Of a stretch of DNA of 64,000 nucleotides, positions 9,273-19,132 are shown piece by piece (the first letter of the stretch is position 1; every line of letters starts with the position of its first letter). The position numbers were made by a program, and so were the translations under genes. Source of the stretch: Candidatus Omnitrophota bacterium (GTDB lineage Bacteria > Omnitrophota > Gorgyraeia > Gygaellales > Profunditerraquicolaceae); contig JAPLMA010000060.1 in NCBI GenBank assembly GCA_026387255.1, forward strand, positions 465 to 64,464, written 5' to 3'. The notes under the pieces are model-generated. The model was not told the origin of the DNA. It was given only the letters and a program-made list of their open reading frames with translations, and searched no databases.

Positions 9273-10562
9273 ATGAGCAAAACCAAGGCTTTTAAGGCAG
9301 TAGTTTATAATGCAAAGATTATTGGGGATTTTAACCAAGTGGTTTGCCCGCCTTATGATGTGATTTCCTCTCAGGCTCAAGATATGCTGCACGAGCGCTC
9401 AATGCATAATTTCATTCATATACTTTTAGCTAAGGATTCTCCTTTAGATGATAAATATCATAGGGCAGGAGCAATATTTAGCAGTTGGCTTCAGGAGAGA
9501 GTGTTTATTCAGGATGAGCAGCCAGCTGTATATTTTTATAGTCAGCAATATATTATTCGGGGTGAGAAAAAAACACGTTTAGGATTTATCTCTTTGCTGA
9601 GGTTGGGGGATGAAAAAAGTTCAGCTGTTTTTGGACATGAAAACACGCATCAAGCCGCAAAGCTGGATAGGTTTAAGCTTCTTAAACAGGTAAAAGCTAA
9701 TCTTAGCACAATCTTTATAATTATTCTGGATAAAAATCGAATTATTCAACGCATCTTTCAGAGGCAGCTTGGCGAACAGAAGCCTTTTATTGAAGTTATC
9801 GATGATGAAAAGACCGTGCATAAATTATGGCGCCTGAATGATCCGGCCATTCTTAAGACAATTGAATCTAGTATGAATTCTGAAGATATGTTTATTGCCG
9901 ACGGACATCATCGTTATGAGGTTTCCTGCGCCTATCGGGATCTGGAGCGTGAGAAACTCAAGGGCGATTTTACCGGCGAAGAAGATTTTAATTATTGCTT
10001 AGCATATTTTACTAATACGGATTATCGGGGGCTGTCTATTTTACCTATTCACCGACTACTTAAATTAGATGCGCGTCTGGATTTAAATGATTTTATGGCC
10101 AAGTGTAAAGAGTATTTTGATATCGACCAGCTAAAAGACCGAACACGTTTTTTCTTCTTACTGGAAAAAGCCGGTTGCTCAGAGCATCTGTTGGGGTTAT
10201 ATGTAGATAAAAAATATTTCCTTTTACGCTTAAAGAATGTCAAAATGTTAGATAAGCTAATTGTGGATAAACCTAAAGAGTATCGCTCACTTGACGTGGC
10301 GATTCTTAATTACCTGGTATTTAAAAATATTCTTAAACTTGATTTAAATGACTCAACGGCTATAAAATATAGCCCGGATCCCTATGCATTAATAGATGAA
10401 GTTGATACGGATCCTTTAAATGTTGCCTTTTTCTTAAATCCGGTTAAAATCCAACAGATTATCGATATTGCTACTAGTGGCAATAAAATGCCTCCTAAAT
10501 CCACCTATTTTTATCCTAAGGTGCTTTCAGGACTCTTGGTGAATAAGTTTGAAAAGGAATAA
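9273..10562 (+). CDS. DUF1015 family protein
   Basis: PPYDVIS, HENT, IADGHHRYE, MPPKSTYFYPK; ATG 9273 preferred over the ORF-track start 9177. Confidence 0.85.
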   Translation: MSKTKAFKAVVYNAKIIGDFNQVVCPPYDVISSQAQDMLHERSMHNFIHILLAKDSPLDDKYHRAGAIFSSWLQERVFIQDEQPAVYFYSQQYIIRGEKKTRLGFISLLRLGDEKSSAVFGHENTHQAAKLDRFKLLKQVKANLSTIFIIILDKNRIIQRIFQRQLGEQKPFIEVIDDEKTVHKLWRLNDPAILKTIESSMNSEDMFIADGHHRYEVSCAYRDLEREKLKGDFTGEEDFNYCLAYFTNTDYRGLSILPIHRLLKLDARLDLNDFMAKCKEYFDIDQLKDRTRFFFLLEKAGCSEHLLGLYVDKKYFLLRLKNVKMLDKLIVDKPKEYRSLDVAILNYLVFKNILKLDLNDSTAIKYSPDPYALIDEVDTDPLNVAFFLNPVKIQQIIDIATSGNKMPPKSTYFYPKVLSGLLVNKFEKE

Positions 10563-10564
10563 GC

Positions 10565-11404
10565 ATGGCCTTATTTGGTAAACCAAAATATACCATTGTT
10601 CGTTTAAAGAAAAAAGAAATTCCTGATGGTTTATGGACAAAATGCGAGGAATGCTTAGAGACTCTTTATAATAAATCACTGGAAGAAAATTCCAAGGTTT
10701 GCCCTAAATGTAATTATCATTTTGGCTTAACCGCGCATGAAAGAATAGAGCTATTGTTTGACCAGGATACTTTTAATGAATTCGATAAAGATATGGAGTC
10801 AGCTGATCCGCTCGATTTTAAGGGGCCCAAAACCTACAAAGATAAAATCAAGCAGGATCAGGAGGCAACCGGGTTAAAAGATGCCGTTATATCCGGAGAA
10901 GGTAAAATTAAATCCCGGCCGGTTGTGGTGGCGGTTACGGATTCTCGCTTTATTATGGGGTCGATGGGTTCGGTAGTTGGTGAAAAAATTACTCGAGCAA
11001 TTGAATATGCCACAAAAAATAAGCTGCCCATGATTATTGTTTCTGGTTCAGGTGGAGGGGCGCGGATGTATGAAGGTTTATATAGCCTAATGCAGATGGC
11101 TAAAACCTGCGCCGCTTTATCGTATCATCATAAAGCAAGCTTGCCTTACATTTCTGTGCTGACTAACCCCACGATGGCGGGAATCATGGCTTCATTTGCC
11201 GGGGTAGGAGATATAATTATGGCTGAACCTAATGCGCTGATTGGTTTTACCGGGCCGCGAGTTATTGAACAAACAATCCGGCAGAAATTACCAATGGGTT
11301 TTCAACGCTCAGAGTTTTTGTTAGATCATGGGCTGATCGATATGATTGTGCATCGCAAAAATATGAAAAGCACCTTAAGCCAATTGCTTGACTATCTTGC
11401 TTAA
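10565..11404 (+). CDS. accD: Acetyl-CoA carboxylase carboxyltransferase beta subunit
   Basis: LWTKCxxC..CPKC zinc finger, GSMGSVVGEK, GFTGPRVIEQT. Confidence 0.95.
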   Translation: MALFGKPKYTIVRLKKKEIPDGLWTKCEECLETLYNKSLEENSKVCPKCNYHFGLTAHERIELLFDQDTFNEFDKDMESADPLDFKGPKTYKDKIKQDQEATGLKDAVISGEGKIKSRPVVVAVTDSRFIMGSMGSVVGEKITRAIEYATKNKLPMIIVSGSGGGARMYEGLYSLMQMAKTCAALSYHHKASLPYISVLTNPTMAGIMASFAGVGDIIMAEPNALIGFTGPRVIEQTIRQKLPMGFQRSEFLLDHGLIDMIVHRKNMKSTLSQLLDYLA

Positions 11405-11415
11405 GTTTGTATAAT
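11388..11415 (+). promoter_or_regulatory. sigma70-type promoter for the ABC ATPase
   Basis: TTGACT-16 bp-TATAAT overlapping the end of accD; AAGGAG RBS. Confidence 0.55.
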
Positions 11416-11472
11416 AGTTAGTTAGGTTTTCTAAATACTAGCTACTAGCTACTTTTATAAAGGAGTATATGT

Positions 11473-12576
11473 ATGGCTCAGGTAAGTTTAAGGGACGTCA
11501 GTAAAGTTTATCCGGGTAATGTTACTGCGGTGAATAAAGTAAATCTAGGCATTGAAAATAAAGAGTTTATGGTTTTAGTTGGTCCTTCGGGCTGTGGTAA
11601 ATCCACCACCTTAAGAATGATCGCGGGTTTAGAGGAAATAAGCTCTGGTGATGTCTATATTGGAAATAAGCGGGTTAATGATGTTCCAGCAAAAGATCGG
11701 GATATTGCTATGGTTTTTCAGAATTACGCTCTTTATCCGCATATGACGGTTGAAGAAAATATGTCATTTGGCTTGCGGCTTAGGCGCATCTCTAAACAAG
11801 AGATTGGGCAGCGAGTTAATGAAGCGGCCGAAATTCTAGGGATTAAAAGATTGTTGAAGCGTAAACCCCGCGAACTTTCTGGTGGAGAGCGACAAAGGGT
11901 AGCTGTCGGCAGGGCGATTGTAAGAAAACCGATGGTTTTTCTGTTCGATGAACCTTTAAGTAATCTTGACGCCAAGATGCGCGTACAGATGCGCACCGAG
12001 ATTCATAAGCTACATATTCGGTTACAGACTACTATTATTTATGTGACGCATGATCAGGTGGAAGCGATGACGATGGGAGATCGTATCGCCGTGATGAAAG
12101 ATGGCCTCATTGCTCAGTTGGGGGACCCGATTGATGTTTATGATCATCCGAAAAATAAGTTTGTTGCCGGTTTTATCGGTTCGCCACCGATGAATTTTAT
12201 GCAAGGCAAGATTATTAAAAAAGACGGCAAGCTCTATTTTGATGAAGGCAAGATTCAGGTAAAACTGGTAGAGGATATGCATAAGAAGATGATTAATTAT
12301 GTTAATCATGAAATATTATTTGGTATTCGTTCTGAAGATATTTATGATAAATTATTTGTTTCGCAGGCCCCACCGGAAAATGTAGTTCGGGTAAACTGTG
12401 AGGTATTTGAACCGATGGGTTCAGAGGTTTATCTCTACCTGAACACGGGTAAGCATACCTTTATTGCCCGGGTTAGCGCGCACGACCGTCCTAAGGTCAA
12501 TCAGGAGATGGATGTAGTTTTCGATATGAGCAAGGTGCATTTCTTTGATAAAGATACTGAAGAAACTATTTGTTAA
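11473..12576 (+). CDS. Carbohydrate ABC transporter ATP-binding protein (MalK/UgpC/MsmX family)
   Basis: [37 protein letters not shown]-terminal TOBE-like region. Confidence 0.93.
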   Translation: MAQVSLRDVSKVYPGNVTAVNKVNLGIENKEFMVLVGPSGCGKSTTLRMIAGLEEISSGDVYIGNKRVNDVPAKDRDIAMVFQNYALYPHMTVEENMSFGLRLRRISKQEIGQRVNEAAEILGIKRLLKRKPRELSGGERQRVAVGRAIVRKPMVFLFDEPLSNLDAKMRVQMRTEIHKLHIRLQTTIIYVTHDQVEAMTMGDRIAVMKDGLIAQLGDPIDVYDHPKNKFVAGFIGSPPMNFMQGKIIKKDGKLYFDEGKIQVKLVEDMHKKMINYVNHEILFGIRSEDIYDKLFVSQAPPENVVRVNCEVFEPMGSEVYLYLNTGKHTFIARVSAHDRPKVNQEMDVVFDMSKVHFFDKDTEETIC

Positions 12577-12652
12577 GCTCTACTTAAAGTCCCCAATAAA
12601 TCGGTTATTCATTAAAGGCTTTAAGTAAATACATCCGTAACTAAAAAGCTTT

Positions 12653-13989
12653 ATGCAGCAAAATACCATCTCAAAAAAGTTCTGGTTGTGCCTATTATTC
12701 CTAGCGGTTATCCTACTTATAATAAATTCTGCCTTTTTTCATCAAAAAATTAATTTAATTGTTTTTTTTGTTTTTAGTTTAAGTGGCATTTTTATTTTTA
12801 CTTTCCTTTTAAAGTTTTATTCCGCTAAATTACTGCTTATCCAATCCGGCATTGAACATAATCAGGAAGGCATAAATATAATCGCTGTAGAGAACAAAAA
12901 AAATCAAGAGCAAGCTATGGCGGTTAAATTAAAAATTACCCGTTACGATAATTTAAAAAAATTAGTCGAAGATCTTAATCAGAGCTTAAAATTAGAGATC
13001 GTGATTCGCGTATTAAGTTCTACGGTTTATACGCTAATCTCAAATAGTGCCGGGGTGGCTCTTTTTTACTTGGTGGATAGTCAGCAGCAAAAACTAAATT
13101 TGGTCTATTCGATGAAAGACGATGCAGAGCTAGTTGTACTTTCTAAAGAAGGTGATCTTTTTGATCAGTGGGTCTTAAGGCATTCCAGCCAGTTAATTAT
13201 TGAGAATCTGAAAAATGATTTTCGGTTTGATGTTGACAGCATGGGTAAAGAAGAGATGCGTTCGGTTTTATCTTTGATTAGTTCGCCCCTGATTAGTAAT
13301 CATTCTTTGTTGGGGCTGTTGCGGCTAGAAAGTAAAAAGAACAATTTTTTTGACCAGGATGATTTACGTTTTCTTGCTTTGGTTAGTGATCTGGGTGCAG
13401 TAGCTATGGAAAACAGCCTGCTTTTTCAGAAAACTCAGGAATTAGCGATTCATGATGATCTGACTGCTTTATATACCCGCGGATATTTTATCGACAGGTT
13501 AAAAGATGAGGTTAGACGCGCTCAGCGCCTGGATCAAGATTTATCGTTAATGATGATCGACATTGATTTTTTTAAGCAATACAATGATAAATTTGGTCAT
13601 ATGATGGGAGATTTAGTGATTTTTTTAAGCAATACAATGATAAATTTGGTCATATGATGGGAGATTTAGTTTTAAAGAAGATGGGGATATTATTAAAAGA
13701 TGCGCTAAGCGAATTTAACCCTTTACTATGCCGTTTTGGAGGAGAAGAATTTTTAGTTATGCTGTCGGGGATAGATAAAAAGAAGGCTTTAATTATCGCC
13801 GAAAAACTGCGCCAGAGAATTCAAAGTGAAAAGATAATCTTGCGACGCCAGAATACATATATCACTGTTTCTATCGGTTTAGCTAGTTTACCCCTGGACA
13901 CAAAAGACCAAGATGAATTGGTCCACAAGGCAGATAAAGCGATGTATGCGGCTAAGGAAAAGGGCAGAAACCAGGTATGTTTAATATAA
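12653..13989 (+). pseudogene. Membrane GAF-GGDEF diguanylate cyclase, frameshifted by a 53-bp tandem duplication
   Basis: 2 TM + GAF + DDLTALY...DIDFFKQYND in one frame; RFGGEEF...ADKAMYAAK in another; removing one repeat copy gives one 427-aa ORF. Confidence 0.85.
13564..13669 (+). repeat. Exact 53-bp tandem duplication
   Basis: TGATTTTTTTAAGCAATACAATGATAAATTTGGTCATATGATGGGAGATTTAG at 13564-13616 and 13617-13669. Confidence 0.95.
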
Positions 13990-14794
13990 TATTATTTTTA
14001 ATTATTCTTATCGCCTTTAGTTTATCTTACAAAGAGATTTTTTCTGTCCGGCTTAAGCGTCAAGAAGCCAGCTATACGCGTTTGGTAAATGAACTTAAGG
14101 TCTTGCATGAATTTAAAAAAAGTTTAGATTTGGAAAATAATCTCCTCAATAAAAGATTTGATGATACTCTGGCGCTCTATGAGTTAACTAAAGATATTTG
14201 TCAGAGTCTGGATGAGGAAAAAGTATTTACAATTTTTAATAAGAATTTAAAGAAGCATATTGACATTGGTGATTGTCAATACATTAGGGATAGCGCGAAT
14301 TTAGTTAAATATAAAAATTATCTGATTCTGCCTTTAATTCTAGAGGGAAATCAAATCGCTGGCTATCTGGCGGTAGATAGAATTTTAGAAACAGACAAAG
14401 AAAAGTTTGGAATTCTTACGCAACAGTTTTTAATTGGGTTAAGAAGGGCGCTTTTTTATCGCCAGGTTCAGGAATTAACGATTACCGATGCGCTGACTAG
14501 TGTTTATTGTCGAAGGTATTTTTTAGAGCGTTTTAGCGAAGAGCTCAAGCGTTCTAAAAAAAATAAATTATCTTTAGCCTTTTTGATGTTAGATATAGAT
14601 AATTTTAAACAATACAATGATCGTTACGGACATTTAGTTGGGGATGCCATATTGCGTCAGGTTTCTAAAATTATTTCGCTGGCGGTTAGGCAAATCGATT
14701 TTACCGGCCGTTACATTTAATTGATCTGGCAGATCAGGCTTTATATTTAGCCAAGGAAACCGGAAAAAATAAAGTTTGTTTCTCACCAACCTAA
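13977..14794 (+). pseudogene. Membrane-anchored diguanylate cyclase with an internal deletion of the catalytic motif
   Basis: ORF ends ...DFTGRY-I* where GG(D/E)EF should follow; the GGDEF C-terminus LIDLADQALYLAKETGKNKVCF resumes out of frame at 14717-14794. Confidence 0.8.
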
Positions 14795-14831
14795 TTATTC
14801 GATTTTCGTTTTTTGTTTTAACCATGTCTAC

Positions 14832-14995
14832 GCGGGTCCTGTCGAGCCTTGTCTCTCGCCGGGGCGCTTGTTTTGCCCCGGCGAGGCAAAACTGCGCTCG
14901 GGTCGGCTGCGTCGCTCTGCCGAGACATATATTGGGGGCAACCGTGCCCGCTCCTTGCCTCCACGCCCGGCTCGAAGCCAAGGCTCGCCACCCGC
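14832..14995. repeat. GC-rich multi-hairpin element with GCGGGTCCTGTC...GCCACCCGC ends
   Basis: Closing stems GCGGGT/ACCCGC and CGAGCCTTG/CAAGGCTCG, inner CTCGCCGGGGC/GCCCCGGCGAG; same ends as 63272-63334. Confidence 0.65.
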
Positions 14996-15016
14996 TGAGA
15001 GCTTTACTAATTTATA

Positions 15017-15235
15017 AGCTTTCCGGCTTTTGCTGGAGGCACAATTAGAAGATTTTCGGCACTTCGACTATGCTCAGTGCCGATGGTGAGTGTAATCGAA
15101 CCATCGGCAACAGTGTGCAAGGAATTACGTCGAGCGCAGGCGGTGTCTCTTTAGCGTAAGGAGCCGCGCCGTAGCGAGACGTAAGCCGCCGCACACGGCG
15201 AAAATCTTCGTGCCGGAAGCAAGAGCCGGAAAGCT
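15017..15235. other. Long fold-back structured element (MITE-like or ncRNA candidate)
   Basis: Terminal arms AGCTTTCCGGCTTTTGCT/AGCAAGAGCCGGAAAGCT, then GGCAC/GTGCC, GAAGATTTTCG/CGAAAATCTTC and nested hairpins. Confidence 0.6.
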
Positions 15236-15291
15236 AATGTTGGCATGTTATTAGCGAAAGATAGAACTCGCGTTAGGATAGTATTTATTCC

Positions 15292-15320
15292 TTGAAAACC
15301 GAAGTGTTTTAATATAAAAT
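15292..15320 (+). promoter_or_regulatory. sigma70-type promoter, probably leaderless
   Basis: TTGAAA-17 bp-TAAAAT with the ATG only 6 nt later and no RBS. Confidence 0.5.
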
Positions 15321-15326
15321 ACCACA

Positions 15327-16253
15327 ATGGCTAAAAAATTTATTATGGCGATAGATTTAGGCGGTACTAATTTGAAATGTGCTTTACTTGACAATAGTTT
15401 AAAGATTAAAGCCAAAAGCTCTTTTAGCACAAAGAGTTTTGATAGTAAATATAAACTTATTCAGGGAATTACCGATTTACTAGAAAGTTTAATTTTAAAC
15501 CAAAGATTAAAGCGTTCTGCCATCCTGGGAGTGGGTATTGGTGTGCCTGGCCCGGTAGATACTTTAAAAGGGATTGTGCATTTCTTACCGAATATTCCGG
15601 GATGGAAAGAGGTAGGGCTAAAAAAAATTCTGGAACGGAAAATTAAGTTGCCGGTTTTTATTGATAATGATGCTAAGTTAATGACGCTAGCAGAGCATGA
15701 GTTGGGTGCGGCTAAGCACTATAAAAATGTATTATGTTTGACCTTGGGCACGGGAGTGGGCGGAGGTTTAATCATCAATGATTCACTCTACCGGGGTTCG
15801 GATAATGCCGCTGGGGAAGCTGGACACTTCCCGCTTAATGAAAATGGTCCTTTGTGTGGTTGCGGTGCTCATGGGTGCCTGGAGACATATGTTGGTAATC
15901 GTAAAATTATTAAAGCTGCGCGTGAATTGTTTGGCCCCAAAATTACCCTGGAAAGGGTAAGCGCATTAGCCAAAGAGAATAACCCTAAGGCAATAGATTT
16001 TTGGAGCCAGGTGGGTGGAAAGCTGGGTTTGGCTTTAAGTGGGATTGTAAATCTACTTAACCTTGATCTGATTGTAATTGGTGGAGGGGTATCTTACGCT
16101 GGCCCTGTATTATTTGAGAGTATCCGGCGAACAATTATATTGCGCGCAATGCGCCTGCAGGCAAAAAGAGTAAGAGTAGTTAAGGCTAAGTTAGGAATGG
16201 ATGCCGGAATTATTGGGGCAGGATATCTGGTTAGAGAAAGGTTAAAGGGATGA
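15327..16253 (+). CDS. ROK-family sugar kinase (glucokinase-like)
   Basis: [32 protein letters not shown]. Confidence 0.92.
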   Translation: MAKKFIMAIDLGGTNLKCALLDNSLKIKAKSSFSTKSFDSKYKLIQGITDLLESLILNQRLKRSAILGVGIGVPGPVDTLKGIVHFLPNIPGWKEVGLKKILERKIKLPVFIDNDAKLMTLAEHELGAAKHYKNVLCLTLGTGVGGGLIINDSLYRGSDNAAGEAGHFPLNENGPLCGCGAHGCLETYVGNRKIIKAARELFGPKITLERVSALAKENNPKAIDFWSQVGGKLGLALSGIVNLLNLDLIVIGGGVSYAGPVLFESIRRTIILRAMRLQAKRVRVVKAKLGMDAGIIGAGYLVRERLKG

Positions 16254-16900
16254 AGATTTTTATTGATACTGCTAATGTTAAAGAGATAAAAGAAGCCAGT
16301 AGCCTTGGTTTAATTGATGGAGTAACCACTAATCCGACGTTAATGGCTAAAGAAGGGCGTGACCCAGGGCTGGTATTAAGAGAGATCTGTGCTTTGGTTA
16401 GCGGCCCGGTGAGCGCAGAAGTAATTGCCTTAGAGTCTGCGGATATGGTTAATGAAGCGCGTCAATTAGTAAAACTGGCTAAGAACATTGTTGTCAAAAT
16501 TCCGCTTACGAAAGAGGGATTAAAAGCAGTAAAGATCTTGGCGGCGGAAGGAATTAAAACTAATGTTACGCTTTGTTTTTCTGCCGCACAGGCATTATTA
16601 GTGGCTAAGAGCGGAGCTACATATGTATCGCCTTTTATCGGTAGGTTGGATGATTTTGCTCAGGAGGGGATGAATCTAATCGGTGAGATAAAAAAAATTT
16701 ATACAAATTATAATTTTAAAACTCAAATTATCGTTGCTTCCGTGCGTAACCCTCTGCATGTAGTTAACGCCGCTTTAATCGGAGCGGATATTGCGACCAT
16801 TCCTTATGCTGTAATTGAGCAGTTAATTAAGCACCCTTTAACCGATATTGGGATAAACAGGTTTCTGGAAGATTATAAGAAAATTTCTTTAAGTAAATAA
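16250..16900 (+). CDS. tal: Transaldolase (TalC/FSA family, transaldolase-type residues)
   Basis: [31 protein letters not shown]. Confidence 0.88.
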   Translation: MKIFIDTANVKEIKEASSLGLIDGVTTNPTLMAKEGRDPGLVLREICALVSGPVSAEVIALESADMVNEARQLVKLAKNIVVKIPLTKEGLKAVKILAAEGIKTNVTLCFSAAQALLVAKSGATYVSPFIGRLDDFAQEGMNLIGEIKKIYTNYNFKTQIIVASVRNPLHVVNAALIGADIATIPYAVIEQLIKHPLTDIGINRFLEDYKKISLSK

Positions 16901-19104
16901 TGATATATAAATTTAAAAATTTCCATCCGTTTAATTCGATAATCTTTGGTCTGATATTGGTTTTTGTTTTATGGGTTAACCTTGTTTCTGCCCAAGCCGC
17001 TAAAGAATCACCAATGGTGATTAATGGTGATAATGTAGAGTACTCTGCGGATAACAAAGAAGTGGTGGCGACCGGTAATATTGAAGTTATTTATAAGGGC
17101 ACCAAGCTAACTTGTAATAGGTTAAAGGTTAATATGCAGACAAAAGAAGGCTTGGCTGAGGGTAATGCTAGAATCCAGGACGACAAGGGGGTGGTTACCG
17201 GAGAAAAGATTATCTATAATTTTGCGAATAAAACCGGGATTATCTCTAATGCTGATTTTCGCGCTAATCCCTATTTTGGCAAAGCAAAAAAAGTTGAAAA
17301 GTTAAGTGAGAGTGAATTTGTGGCTAAGAGAGGCTATTTTACTACTTGTAGTTTAGACCATCCACATTATCGTTTTGCCGCAAAGAAGATTAGTGTATTC
17401 CCGCAAGATAAAATGTTAGCCCAGCAAGCTACGCTTTATCTGGGCACGGTACCGTTATTCTATCTTCCACAATTTAACTATTCAATGAAAGAGCCGATTA
17501 TGCATGTACAGGTTGAGCCGGGTACACGTAAGGATTGGGGCCCGTATCTTTTGAGTGCTTGGCGTTATAATATTACGGACAATGTGAATGGTTTGGCTTT
17601 TCTGGATTATCGCAATAAATTAGGATTAGCAGAAGGTTTCGAACTAAATTATATAAAAACCCCAGTTGGCAAAGGCGATTTTAAATTTTATTATACGAAT
17701 GAAAAACCTGCTGATCAACCAAAAGGAGCGCCAACGGAGTTTCAGCGTTATTTTATGCGTTGGCGCCATAAGTGGAATATTGATGAGCGCACGAATGTTA
17801 CTGCGGAATTCTTTAAGATTACCGATAAAAGAAGAAAGAATGACCCAAACTACCCGAGTAGTCGTAATTTCCTGCAAGATTATTTCTTTCGCGAATACGA
17901 AAAAGATGTCCAACCATTAAGTTACGCATTATTTCATCACGCTTTTAATTATTCCAGTTTGGATCTGCTTCTGCAAGTGCGCACTAATCATTGGTTTAAC
18001 CAAGTAGAAAAAAAGCCGGAGATAAATTACAATCTGCCAAGTTTACAGCTAGGAGAAAGCCCGCTTTATTTTGAAAGTATAAACCAATTAGGCACTTATA
18101 ACGTAAAGGGGAATGCGCAGGGTAATGATTTAACCGATACCCGGCTGGATACTAAAAATACGGTTTCTCTACCCACCAAAATTGCTTTTATTCAATTTAG
18201 ACCTTTTGTTTCCAGCCGTCAGACTTTTTATGATAAAGGCGCAAATGGCCAGAGCGGAATTATACGTACAATTTTTTATAGCGGCGCGGATATGAGTACT
18301 AAGTTTTACCGTATTTTTGATGCCAAAACAAACTTTCTTGGTTTAGATATTAATGGTTTACGCCACATTATTACTCCTACGGTGGGGTATTTGTATACAC
18401 ATCCGCCTACTATTCCCAATAGTAATATAAAACAGATTGATAGCGTGGATTCTATAAATCGCGGCAACACTGCTGCTTTAAGTTTATCCAATAAATTACA
18501 AACTAAGCGTAGTGGACAAAGCGTGGATTTGGTGGATTTTTTGATCACCACTAATGTTGTGCTCGATCCTAAAACAGGAGATAACGCATTTCTTACTCCC
18601 CGCGCAGGAGAGAGCTTGAAAGATAATTTTTCGGATATTCTCTTTAAATTAAAAATATTACCATATTCCTGGATGAGATTTGAATCTGACGCTACTTTTG
18701 CGCATGCAGATCATACGAGTGCGAATTATAATAAATTTTCACTAGCTAGTTATGACCTAAATTTTGATTTGGGCAAAAATGGCTCATTTTCTCTTGGCCA
18801 GCGTTATGAAAGAAAAGGTAAGAATGAAGTTACTCTTGGGTATAATTTTCGTCTGAGCCCCAAGTGGAAATTTGGTATTTATGAACGGTATAACTTTAAG
18901 AAGTCTAGTTCTCTTGAGAGAGGCTTCCAGGAGCAGGAGTATACTTTAACCCGTGATTTGCACTGTTGGGAATTGGATATTACCCTGAACAAAAAAGAAA
19001 TTTCCGGTACCACCATATTCTTTACTTTTAGGCTTAAGGCCTTCCCTGAGAATGAATTTGGATTTGATCAGGCGATGACTAAGAAGAAGTCCGGTACACA
19101 ATAA
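16900..19104 (+). CDS. lptD: LPS assembly protein LptD-like
   Basis: Signal peptide, OstA-like N-domain, FTTC motif, RHIITP and RDLHCW near the C-terminus of a beta-rich barrel. Confidence 0.75.
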   Translation: MIYKFKNFHPFNSIIFGLILVFVLWVNLVSAQAAKESPMVINGDNVEYSADNKEVVATGNIEVIYKGTKLTCNRLKVNMQTKEGLAEGNARIQDDKGVVTGEKIIYNFANKTGIISNADFRANPYFGKAKKVEKLSESEFVAKRGYFTTCSLDHPHYRFAAKKISVFPQDKMLAQQATLYLGTVPLFYLPQFNYSMKEPIMHVQVEPGTRKDWGPYLLSAWRYNITDNVNGLAFLDYRNKLGLAEGFELNYIKTPVGKGDFKFYYTNEKPADQPKGAPTEFQRYFMRWRHKWNIDERTNVTAEFFKITDKRRKNDPNYPSSRNFLQDYFFREYEKDVQPLSYALFHHAFNYSSLDLLLQVRTNHWFNQVEKKPEINYNLPSLQLGESPLYFESINQLGTYNVKGNAQGNDLTDTRLDTKNTVSLPTKIAFIQFRPFVSSRQTFYDKGANGQSGIIRTIFYSGADMSTKFYRIFDAKTNFLGLDINGLRHIITPTVGYLYTHPPTIPNSNIKQIDSVDSINRGNTAALSLSNKLQTKRSGQSVDLVDFLITTNVVLDPKTGDNAFLTPRAGESLKDNFSDILFKLKILPYSWMRFESDATFAHADHTSANYNKFSLASYDLNFDLGKNGSFSLGQRYERKGKNEVTLGYNFRLSPKWKFGIYERYNFKKSSSLERGFQEQEYTLTRDLHCWELDITLNKKEISGTTIFFTFRLKAFPENEFGFDQAMTKKKSGTQ

Positions 19105-19132
19105 AATTACTAGAACCAAAAGAGGTGCTTAA

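Noticed and set aside
13564-13669. Diversity-generating retroelement TR/VR pair or CRISPR repeat
   Set aside because: Copies are adjacent and identical with no adenine-specific differences or spacers; no reverse transcriptase or cas genes
14634-15048. ORFs 14634..14981(-) and 14776..15048(+)
   Set aside because: They run across GC-rich palindromic elements, have Arg/Ala/Cys-rich composition unlike host genes, and lack an RBS or recognisable domain
15017-15235. Assignment as 6S RNA, SRP RNA, tmRNA or c-di-GMP riboswitch
   Set aside because: I could not find the diagnostic motifs of these families by eye; left unassigned pending a covariance-model search
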